Below, piece after piece: positions 56,541-64,000 of a DNA stretch of 64,000 nucleotides (positions are counted from its first letter, which is position 1; every line of letters starts with the position of its first letter). Made by a program: the position numbers and the translations under genes. The notes below the pieces were generated by a model, which was not told the DNA's origin, ran no database searches, and saw only the letters and a list, made by a program, of their open reading frames with translations. The DNA lies in contig JBBKVX010000009.1 of the NCBI GenBank assembly GCA_037968615.1, positions 7,641 through 71,640 of the forward strand, written 5' to 3'. The DNA comes from Rickettsiales bacterium (lineage in GTDB: Bacteria; Pseudomonadota; Alphaproteobacteria; Rickettsiales; UBA3002).

Positions 56541-56710
56541 TCCATATTCTTTGGGCCGATGGCCGGAGAATCCGTCATCGTAGGTGTACCATAGCTGTAA
56601 TGAGGATAGCCGCCCTCAACAAGCTTTCCTTCCCCGAGTGGCATAAATTTTCCATAAGGATTCGCGCCAGAGGCTTTATTTTGCTGGATAATTTTTGGCT
56701 GCGGGCAGGG

Positions 56711-58549
56711 CTAAAGGCTGGAGATAAACTCTTCCAGTGCCTTCTCGGCGGCCTCATGGTCCTTCTGTATGCGCGCGTAGGTCTGGTTCAGGCGCTTCAA
56801 TTGCCCGGCATCGCCCTCGGCACTCACCGTGGCCAGCTCGTTCTCAATGTCGTCTTTTTGCGTGGTGAGTTGGGCCAACGCGTCTTCCAGTTTTGCAGCT
56901 TTTTTCTCGCTGTCGCTGGCATTCTTGTTCTTGTTTTTGCCTTTGCCTGCGCGGGCTTCCTTGCGGCTGCCCTCGCGCTCGCGGCGGCGCTGCTTGACGA
57001 TAAGATCGCGGTACGCTTCCAGATCGTCGTCGTAGGGCACGCAGGTGCCATCGGCCACCAGCCACAAGCGATCGGCCACGGTTTCCACGAGGTGCGGATC
57101 GTGGCTCACGATGATGACGGCGCCGGTATAGTTGTTCAGCGCCTGCATCAGCGCTTCGCGGGCGTCCATGTCCAAGTGGTTGGTCGGCTCATCGAGCAGC
57201 ATGATATGCGGCGCGTCGTAGCCCATCAGGCAGAACAGCAGGCGCGCTTTTTCGCCGCCGGAAAGCTCGCCCACTTTGGTATCGGCCTTATCTTTGTCGA
57301 ACCCGAACTGGCCCAGCGCGGCGCGCACTTTCGGCTCCGGCGCGGCGATCATCACGGCGGCCATGGTCTGGAACGGGGTGAGTTTCACGTCCAGCTCGTC
57401 GGTCTGGAACTGGGCGAAGTAGCCCACCTTCAACTTGCTCGATTTGTGGATGTCGCCCGCCAGTTGCGGCAGACGGCCCGAGAGCAGTTTCACCAGCGTC
57501 GATTTACCATTGCCGTTCGCGCCCAGCAGCGCGATGCGGTCGTCCATATCGATGCGCAGATTCAGGCGCTTCAGAATAGGCGTATCCTTTTCGTAACCCG
57601 CATCCACGTCTTCCAGCGTGATCAGTGGCGATTTCAGCTCGGGCGGGTCGGGAAATTTGAACGCGGTCACGCGGTCGGCCATCACGGCATCCACGATGTC
57701 CATTTTCTGGATCATCTTGAGGCGGCTTTGCGCTTGGCGGGCTTTGCTGGCCGTGGCGCCGAAGCGATCCACGAACTTCTGCATATGCTCTTTCTGTTTC
57801 AACTGCTTCTCGCGCAGGGCGCTTTGGTTCAGCAGCTTCTCGGCACGACGGCGCTCGAACTCGTCGTAGGTGCCGGTATAGGCGTTTAGTTTCTGGTCTT
57901 CCATATGCAGGATATGGGTGACAGTCTTGTTCAGAATATCGCGGTCATGGCTGATGATGAGCAGCGTTTCGGTGAACTTCATCAGATAGCTCTCCAGCCA
58001 CACCATTGCCTCGAAATCAAGGTGGTTGGTCGGCTCATCGAGCATCAGCAGGTTGGGGCGGCGGAACAAGGTGGCGGCGAGGGCCACGCGCATTTTCCAG
58101 CCCCCCGAGAAATCCGAGATGGGGCGCTGCTGCGCGTCTTCGTTGAAGCCAAGGCCGGAAAGAATGGTCGCGGCGCGCGCGGGTGCGTCGTAGGCATCGA
58201 TCTCGCTGAGGCGCGTGTAGATGTACCCGATGCGCTCGGCGTCCTGCGTGGTTTCCGCCTCAAGCATCAGCGCGGCGCGTTCGGTGTCGGCGGCCAGCAC
58301 GATGTCGATCAGGGTGGTGTCATCGTCCGGCAGATCTTGCTTCACCCAGCCGATATTTGCGTTCTTCACGATGCCGATATCGCCGCCATCGGCCACCAGC
58401 TCGCCCGTGATGAGTTTGAATAAGGTCGATTTGCCCACGCCGTTTGGCCCGACCAGCCCCACGCGCTGCCCAGCGCCGATAGCCAGCGAGGCTTTGTCGA
58501 GCAACGTACGGCCGCCGACGCGGTAGGTGAGGTCTTGAATCGTGAGCAT
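56711..58549 (-). CDS. ABC-F family ATPase (two ABC cassettes, no TM domain)
   Basis: Walker A GPNGVGKST and GANGNGKST, signatures LSGGWKMRVALA and LSGGEKARLL, and a Lys/Arg-rich coiled-coil tail. ATG 58549 (MLTIQDLTYRV) is preferred over the TTG at 58561. Confidence 0.9.
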   Translation of the reverse strand: MLTIQDLTYRVGGRTLLDKASLAIGAGQRVGLVGPNGVGKSTLFKLITGELVADGGDIGIVKNANIGWVKQDLPDDDTTLIDIVLAADTERAALMLEAETTQDAERIGYIYTRLSEIDAYDAPARAATILSGLGFNEDAQQRPISDFSGGWKMRVALAATLFRRPNLLMLDEPTNHLDFEAMVWLESYLMKFTETLLIISHDRDILNKTVTHILHMEDQKLNAYTGTYDEFERRRAEKLLNQSALREKQLKQKEHMQKFVDRFGATASKARQAQSRLKMIQKMDIVDAVMADRVTAFKFPDPPELKSPLITLEDVDAGYEKDTPILKRLNLRIDMDDRIALLGANGNGKSTLVKLLSGRLPQLAGDIHKSSKLKVGYFAQFQTDELDVKLTPFQTMAAVMIAAPEPKVRAALGQFGFDKDKADTKVGELSGGEKARLLFCLMGYDAPHIMLLDEPTNHLDMDAREALMQALNNYTGAVIIVSHDPHLVETVADRLWLVADGTCVPYDDDLEAYRDLIVKQRRREREGSRKEARAGKGKNKNKNASDSEKKAAKLEDALAQLTTQKDDIENELATVSAEGDAGQLKRLNQTYARIQKDHEAAEKALEEFISSL

Positions 58550-58607
58550 GTTGCAACGCAATAAAGGGTGGAAAAGGCGCGCAACCTAGTGGGGAGCGGC
58601 CCCAAGG

Positions 58608-59834
58608 TCAACCCTCCGATACCACTTTCAGTGGCACCACCACGGTAAAGCAGGTTCCATCACCCGGTACGCTGGTCAGGTCGATGCGTCCGCCCATCAG
58701 CTCCACCAACCGGCGAACGATGCTGAGCCCCAATCCCGTGCCACCATATTTGCGGCTTATGGAAGTGTCGGCCTGCATGAATTTCTCGAACACCTGCGCG
58801 TGTTTTTCGGGCGGGATGCCAATGCCGGTGTCCTGGACGGTAAGGGTGATGCGATCGATGCCGAGTCCCTCCGTCGTCTCGCAGGCGATGCCGAGCGTGA
58901 CGCCGCCATATTCCGTGAATTTCACCGCGTTGCTTCCCAAATTCAGGAGCACCTGCCGCAAGCGGCTTGGGTCGCCATAATGCTCGCGGCCGCGAAGTTC
59001 GGGACAATTGTCGGTGAAGTTGAAACTCAAATTCTTTTCCCGCGCCCGCAACTGCATTACCTGCACCGTTTCTTCGATGACGGTCAGGATACTGAACGGG
59101 ATCTCTTCCAGCTCCACATTGTGTGTTTCGATCTTTTCGATATCCAGCAGGTCGTTGATGAGCGCTAGCAGCGATTCCGCGCTCATTTGCAGGGTCGAAA
59201 TGAACTCATGCTGTTTGCTGGTCAGCGGCTCGCTTCGTTGCAGCAGGTCGGCGATGCCCACCACCGCGTTCATCGGTGTGCGAATCTCATGGCTCATATT
59301 GGCAAGGAATTCGGATTTGGCTTTGCTGGCTTCCTCCGCCTTCTCACGTGCTTCACGCAGCTCGGCATTGGTCTTTTCCAGCTGGGCAGTGCGTTCGCGC
59401 ACTTGCCGTTCGATGTCGGCCTGGCTTTCCTCCAACCGGCGATTGATTGCCTGCAAGCTGGAAGGGCTGGGCAGGGTGAGGGCCGTGGGCAGGATGCGCC
59501 ACACAAAAATCGCCACCATGCCCGACACGATGCCAGTGGTCAGCATCAGCAGCCCTTCGATGCCGTAGGCGGGCCACCACAGCACTAATATACCGAACAC
59601 ATGCGTGAGGCCGCACAAGGTAATAAACATTGCGAACAGAATGAACATGCTGTGGAACGGCATATCCGGCCGTTTGTAGGCAAAGCGCCACAGGGCGAGG
59701 GGGATGCTGAAATACGCCGCCGCGATCAAGGCGTTCGCGGCCACATGCAGCCACACGATCTCGGGCAGCCACATAAAACAATAACCGTGCGGCGCCATGA
59801 AATTGGTGCTGAAGAATTGCTCAAGCCGCGACAT
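58608..59834 (-). CDS. Histidine kinase with ETR1-type ethylene-binding-domain-like membrane module
   Basis: aa ~30-120, [52 protein letters not shown], compares with Arabidopsis ETR1 [49 protein letters not shown]. A coiled coil, H-box [16 protein letters not shown] and HATPase_c follow. There is no receiver. 1-nt start/stop overlap with the maoC-like gene. Confidence 0.8.
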   Translation of the reverse strand: MSRLEQFFSTNFMAPHGYCFMWLPEIVWLHVAANALIAAAYFSIPLALWRFAYKRPDMPFHSMFILFAMFITLCGLTHVFGILVLWWPAYGIEGLLMLTTGIVSGMVAIFVWRILPTALTLPSPSSLQAINRRLEESQADIERQVRERTAQLEKTNAELREAREKAEEASKAKSEFLANMSHEIRTPMNAVVGIADLLQRSEPLTSKQHEFISTLQMSAESLLALINDLLDIEKIETHNVELEEIPFSILTVIEETVQVMQLRAREKNLSFNFTDNCPELRGREHYGDPSRLRQVLLNLGSNAVKFTEYGGVTLGIACETTEGLGIDRITLTVQDTGIGIPPEKHAQVFEKFMQADTSISRKYGGTGLGLSIVRRLVELMGGRIDLTSVPGDGTCFTVVVPLKVVSEG

Positions 59835-60289
59835 CAGCCCGGTCTCCGGTTCATAAGCGCCGAGGTGGTGATTTCCATCACCTGCTCGTCGTGCTGGTTA
59901 AACGTTTCGACCTTGTATTGCATCACCGCTTTGCCCGGTTTCGATTGCGAGGAGCGCAGCGCCAAAATGGTGGTGACGATGCGCAACGTATCGCCCGGCT
60001 TCACCGGCTTCGTCCAGCGCACATTATCCAGCCCCAGCCCCTGCAGCCCGCCCACCACATCACCCAACGGCCCATCAAGCTTGATGCGCATGCTGATGGC
60101 GGCGGTGTGCATGCCGCTGGCCACCAAAGTGCCGAACTGAGTGTGTTTGGCGGCTTCCTCGTCGATATGCTGCGGTTGGGGGTCGTAGCGCCGCGCGAAA
60201 TCGATCACGTCGGCCTTGTCCATGATATAGGTGCTGCCGCCTGCGATGGCCTGCCCGACGTGAAAATCTTCGAAATAGAGCGTGCCCAT
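59834..60289 (-). CDS. MaoC-like (hotdog fold) dehydratase family protein
   Basis: Start at ATG 60289 ([13 protein letters not shown]...) with AGGAGA upstream. [32 protein letters not shown] is typical of the MaoC family. Confidence 0.75.
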   Translation of the reverse strand: MGTLYFEDFHVGQAIAGGSTYIMDKADVIDFARRYDPQPQHIDEEAAKHTQFGTLVASGMHTAAISMRIKLDGPLGDVVGGLQGLGLDNVRWTKPVKPGDTLRIVTTILALRSSQSKPGKAVMQYKVETFNQHDEQVMEITTSALMNRRPG

Positions 60290-60390
60290 GGAAGTCTCCT
60301 GACTCCTCTTTATACCCGTGTCGGGGGGGTGATTCAAGTTGTCTTGGCGGGGCAATTCCGCTACGCCAAAACCATCATCAGAGGATTCCC

Positions 60391-62058
60391 ATGAGCGCCA
60401 ACCACACTGTCGGTTCCTTCCTGTTCGATTACCTGCACCAGCTCGGCGTCACACATGTGTTCGGCATTCCCGGCGACTTCGCGTTGCCCACCTTCCGCTG
60501 GATGCATCAGTCGAAGCTTAAAATCATCACCATGACGCACGAACCCAGCGTCGGTTTCGCCGCCGATGGCTATGCGCGTGTGAATGGCCTCGGCGTCGCC
60601 TGCGTCACCTACTGCGTGGGCGGGCTGAACATGCTGAACTCGGTGGCCTGCGCCTACGCCGAAAAATCTCCCATGCTGGTCATTTCCGGCGGCCCATCGC
60701 CCGCCGATCGCAAAAAGGACGCGCTAATTCACCATAAAGTGCGCACGTTCGATACGCAGCGCCGCATCTACGAAGAAGTCACCTGCGCTACGGCAGTGCT
60801 GATGGACCCCGAAACGGCTGCCGCCGAAATCATGCGTGTGGTCGGCGCCATACTCGAACAGTCGCGCCCCGGTTATATCGAGATACCCTACGATGTGGTG
60901 GATATGGCTATTCCCACCCCGCCGCCCATTCTGCCCCCGGTGGTGGCCGAGAGCGACCCGGATCATCTAAGCGCCATGCTGGAGGATGCGGTGAAAACCA
61001 TCAACGCGGCGAAGCAACCCGTCATCATCGCCGATGTGGAACTGCACCGTTTTGGGTTGGAGGAGTTGGCGCTGGAACTGGCGGCAAAATTCAACATCCC
61101 CATCGCTGCCACACTGATGTCGAAATCGATCGTCTCCGACACGCATCCGCTGTTCATTGGCGTGTATTCCGGTCCGCTTTCAGAACCCGCCGTGCAAAGC
61201 TACATCGAGGAATCCGACTGCCTCATCATGCTTGGCGCGATGGTGAACGATGTCTGGTTCGGCTTCAACAGCACCAGCGACAAACTGAGCCCCAAACACC
61301 GGCTGCTTGCCACCAGCGAGAAAATGCGCATCGGCGCGCGCACCTACGAATATGTGCAAATGAAGGATTTCCTCGAAGGCCTGCTCGACGCCCCCATCAC
61401 CCCGCGCAAACCCGGCGAATTGCCGGAGCCCGAGCCGGAGCCCCAGCCGCTCACCACAGCAGAACGCGATGAAGCCGTAAGCATCGAGAATTTTTACCGC
61501 ATCATCGGTCTGCATGCGCGCGACGACAGCATCATTACTTGCGACACCGGCGACGCATTGTTCGGTGCCGTGAAGCTGCGCACCAAGAACGCCACCAACT
61601 TTTTGTCTGATGCTTATTACCTCTCCATGGGCTTCGCCATTCCCGCCGCCATCGGCGTGATGGCCGCCAAGCCAAACAACCGCTCCATTTCCGTGGTCGG
61701 CGACGGCGCCTTCCAAATGACCGGCATCGAACTCTCCACCGCCGTGAAGTTCGGCATGAAGCCCATCGTGTTCATCCTGAACAACGACGGCTACGGCACA
61801 CAGCGCTTCATCATCGATGGGCCGTTCAACGAAATTCTGCCGTGGAACTACACCAAGCTCACCGAACTGTTCGGCAGTGGCGTCGCCAAAAAAGTCAGCA
61901 CGCTCGGCGAGGTGGAAGATGCATTCAAGGAGGCGCTGGCCGCCAACGAATTCACGCTCATCGAAGTGATCGTGCCGCGCGAGGCCTGCAGCCCCGGCCT
62001 GCGTCGCGCGGGCGAAGAACTCGGCAAACTGCGCGACAAAGATAAGCGAGGCAACTGA
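60391..62058 (+). CDS. Thiamine-diphosphate-dependent alpha-keto-acid decarboxylase (indolepyruvate/phenylpyruvate decarboxylase family)
   Basis: FGIPGDFALPTF, THEPSVGFAADGYAR, AYAEKSPMLVISGGP, SRPGYIEIP, and the TPP motif VGDGAFQM...NNDGYG. Collinear with my recollection of Azospirillum IpdC/PPDC. Confidence 0.8.
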   Translation: MSANHTVGSFLFDYLHQLGVTHVFGIPGDFALPTFRWMHQSKLKIITMTHEPSVGFAADGYARVNGLGVACVTYCVGGLNMLNSVACAYAEKSPMLVISGGPSPADRKKDALIHHKVRTFDTQRRIYEEVTCATAVLMDPETAAAEIMRVVGAILEQSRPGYIEIPYDVVDMAIPTPPPILPPVVAESDPDHLSAMLEDAVKTINAAKQPVIIADVELHRFGLEELALELAAKFNIPIAATLMSKSIVSDTHPLFIGVYSGPLSEPAVQSYIEESDCLIMLGAMVNDVWFGFNSTSDKLSPKHRLLATSEKMRIGARTYEYVQMKDFLEGLLDAPITPRKPGELPEPEPEPQPLTTAERDEAVSIENFYRIIGLHARDDSIITCDTGDALFGAVKLRTKNATNFLSDAYYLSMGFAIPAAIGVMAAKPNNRSISVVGDGAFQMTGIELSTAVKFGMKPIVFILNNDGYGTQRFIIDGPFNEILPWNYTKLTELFGSGVAKKVSTLGEVEDAFKEALAANEFTLIEVIVPREACSPGLRRAGEELGKLRDKDKRGN

Positions 62059-62930
62059 TGCCGCTGATCGACCTCACCATTGCCCCGCGCGAGAAAGACC
62101 TCGGCGGCTTCAGCGTGCGCCGCCTGCTGCCCTACGCCAAACGTCGCATGGTCGGTCCGTTCATTTTTCTCGACCATATGGGCCCTGCCCAATTCGAGGC
62201 CGGGCAGGGCATCGACGTGCGCCCGCACCCGCATATCGGCCTCTCGACGGTGACGTATTTATTCGACGGCGAGATCCATCACCGCGACACGTTGGGCTAC
62301 AACGAAGTCATCACCCCTGGCGCCGTGAACTGGATGACGGCGGGGCGCGGCATCGCCCATTCCGAACGCACCACCGCCGACGACCAAGGCCGCCCGCACA
62401 AGCTCGACGGTATCCAAAGCTGGATCGCGCTGCCGAAATCGCACGAGAACATCGCGCCGAGCTTTCACCACCACGCCGCCGACGCGCTGCCCGAATTCAC
62501 CTTGCCCGGCGCGAAACTGAAGCTCATTGCGGGCAGCGCCTACGGCTATGAAGCGCCCGTCTCCATCCATAGCCCGCTCTTCTATCTCGAAGTGTTTTTG
62601 GAAGCGGGCGGCAGTTTTACCCTGCCCATCGAGTACAATGAACGCGCGCTTTATCTCGTCAGCGGCCAATTGCGTATCGGCAATGCCACCATCGAACCGC
62701 TGACCATGCCCATTTTCACCGACGGCGAAATCGTCACTATCGAAGCCGATAAGCCGTCGCATTTCATGCTGCTGGGCGGCGAGCCGTTCACCGAGCAGCG
62801 CTACATCTGGTGGAACTTCGTGGCCAGTTCCGAGGACGCGATCGAGCAAGCTAAGCTGGATTGGGCCGCCGGCAAATTCGGCACCATCCCCGGCGATGAT
62901 AAAGAATTCATTCCACTGCCCACCAGTTAG
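62058..62930 (+). CDS. Pirin family protein
   Basis: GPFIFLDHMGP...RPHPHIGLSTVTYLFDGEIHHRDTLG...WMTAGRGIAHSE (cupin metal site). 1-nt overlap with the upstream stop. Confidence 0.9.
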   Translation: MPLIDLTIAPREKDLGGFSVRRLLPYAKRRMVGPFIFLDHMGPAQFEAGQGIDVRPHPHIGLSTVTYLFDGEIHHRDTLGYNEVITPGAVNWMTAGRGIAHSERTTADDQGRPHKLDGIQSWIALPKSHENIAPSFHHHAADALPEFTLPGAKLKLIAGSAYGYEAPVSIHSPLFYLEVFLEAGGSFTLPIEYNERALYLVSGQLRIGNATIEPLTMPIFTDGEIVTIEADKPSHFMLLGGEPFTEQRYIWWNFVASSEDAIEQAKLDWAAGKFGTIPGDDKEFIPLPTS

Positions 62931-62936
62931 CGCGCC

Positions 62937-63743
62937 ATGAAAAAACAGCGTCTCTTTCTCATTCTGGCCGCGTTAGCCGTTCTCGGGGCGGGCGTTTGGG
63001 CCACGCGCAGCGCGTCGGAATTCTATCCCGTGTACCGCGACCTTGCCTACGGCAGCCATGCGCGCCAGAAGCTCGACATCTATCTCCCGCCGCACGCCAA
63101 CAACGCACCGGTGGTGCTGTTCTTCTACGGAGGCGCATGGCAGGTGGGCAGCAAGGAGCAGTATAGATTCATCGGCGAAGCCTTCGCGCGCAAAGGCCTT
63201 GTCGCCGTGCTGGCCGATTACCGGCTCTACCCGGAAGTGAAATTCCCCGCTTTCGTCGAGGACGGCGCGAACGCGTTTCAATATGTGCGCGAGCACATCG
63301 CCGCCTATCACGGCGACCCGGAGCGCATCTTCGTCGCGGGCCATTCGGCAGGGGCCTACATCGCTATGATGCTGGGCGCCGACCCCAAACGCAGCGGCCT
63401 GCGCGGCACCATCGGGCTTGCGGGGCCTTACGATTTTCTACCCAGCGAGCATGAAAGCATCAATGCGATTTTTAGCACTGCCTCCAAGGCAGAAATGCAG
63501 CCGATCGACCGCATCCGCACCAAAATCGCGCCGGTGTTCCTCGCCACGGGTGAGACCGACAACATCGTGCCCGCCTCCAACAGTCACCATGTAAAAGCGA
63601 AGCTGAAAACATTCGACAGCCCGGTGGAGGAACATATCTATCCCGAGGTCGGCCATATGGGCCTCGTCCTGTCCATCAACGAGGTGTACGAAGGCCATAC
63701 CTCCCTGCTCGACGACATCGTGGCCTTCGTGAAAGCGCATTAA
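62937..63743 (+). CDS. Secreted alpha/beta hydrolase (esterase/lipase, Abhydrolase_3-like)
   Basis: Signal peptide MKKQRLFLILAALAVLGAG, oxyanion FFYGGAW, nucleophile elbow GHSAGA, and GHMG near the C-terminus. Confidence 0.85.
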   Translation: MKKQRLFLILAALAVLGAGVWATRSASEFYPVYRDLAYGSHARQKLDIYLPPHANNAPVVLFFYGGAWQVGSKEQYRFIGEAFARKGLVAVLADYRLYPEVKFPAFVEDGANAFQYVREHIAAYHGDPERIFVAGHSAGAYIAMMLGADPKRSGLRGTIGLAGPYDFLPSEHESINAIFSTASKAEMQPIDRIRTKIAPVFLATGETDNIVPASNSHHVKAKLKTFDSPVEEHIYPEVGHMGLVLSINEVYEGHTSLLDDIVAFVKAH

Positions 63744-63747
63744 ACAC

Positions 63748-64000
63748 ATGCATGGTAAAAAACTTTTCCTTTTGCTGATTCTCTTTGCCGCGCCGGCCAC
63801 GGCAAACGAGCCGCTTTGGCCTGACCTCAGCCTGCATAGCGCCGATGACGCTTACACCATCGATGTGCATGGCCGTTTCCTTGTGGATGCGGGCACGGGC
63901 GCAGGCGAGGGCGATGTGAATTTCCGTCGTGCGCGGCTGGGCGTCAGCGGTAAATTGGCCAAGGATTTCTTCTATAAATTCGAGAATGATTTCGCCGCCG
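63748..64000 (+). CDS. Phosphate-selective porin O/P family protein (5' part; runs off window end)
   Basis: My own translation: MHGKKLFLLLILFAAPATANEP...VHGRFLVDAG...NFRRARLGVSGKLAKDFFYKFENDFAA. It has a signal peptide and the RRARLG...F.YK.E.DF pattern of OprO/OprP porins. Confidence 0.6.
   Translation, partial: MHGKKLFLLLILFAAPATANEPLWPDLSLHSADDAYTIDVHGRFLVDAGTGAGEGDVNFRRARLGVSGKLAKDFFYKFENDFAA

Noticed and set aside
56620-56700. ttatccagc, resembling a DnaA box, in the region upstream of the CHASE3 kinase operon
   Set aside because: It matches 7 of 9 positions, occurs only once, and has no AT-rich unwinding element or box cluster. It is most likely chance.
1-64000. CRISPR arrays, tRNA/rRNA genes, IS elements, integrases and prophage genes
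   Set aside because: The intergenic gaps are short, mostly under 180 bp (the largest is ~260 bp). I read them individually and found no cloverleaf-like or repeat-spacer structure. No translated ORF shows DDE transposase, tyrosine/serine recombinase, or phage structural motifs.

Overview
High-GC (~60% or more by eye) chromosomal segment. Gene content looks alphaproteobacterial, possibly Rhodospirillales-like, but that is inference only. I ran no database search; every family call rests on motifs I recognise in the translations. About 45 tightly packed CDS, many with 1-8 nt overlaps. I found no rRNA, tRNA, CRISPR array, transposase or integrase. Order of content: recJ (partial); two large orphan ORFs lying tail-to-tail (a 725-aa protein that looks like a PIN fold split by a ~530-aa insert, and a 1697-aa protein with an N-terminal DEDDh exonuclease); DUF389 membrane protein; APC-type permease fused to two USP domains; MscS channel; a frameshifted HATPase-like gene; GIY-YIG protein; a peptide deformylase paralog lacking two of three metal ligands; DEVH helicase; MlaA and a lipoprotein hydrolase; two back-to-back tripartite efflux operons (RND and MacAB, each with its own outer-membrane factor) separated by a TetR gene; a GmhB-like HAD phosphatase; a UmuD-like S24 peptidase with no umuC; a three-gene module made of a MotA/ExbB-like channel, a MotB/OmpA-like partner and an unknown 195-aa protein; the conserved ATP-grasp / alpha-E / transglutaminase / DUF2126 'amidoligase' cluster, here with a glutamine-amidotransferase fusion; gltD-gltB; a CHASE3-GAF hybrid kinase-CheR-CheB-REC/HK/REC operon; an ABC-F ATPase; a histidine kinase whose membrane domain matches the plant ETR1 ethylene-binding domain, co-transcribed with a MaoC hotdog protein and divergent from an IpdC/PPDC-type decarboxylase; pirin; an esterase; a partial OprO/P-type porin. 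The best candidate for an undescribed system is the orphan stator-like module at 33569..35680 with the self-cleaving S24 protein upstream. Next come the split-PIN and giant-DEDDh pair at 2116..9388. At the DNA level the most striking signal is five TTGGGA cores spaced exactly 10 bp apart at 32323..32372.
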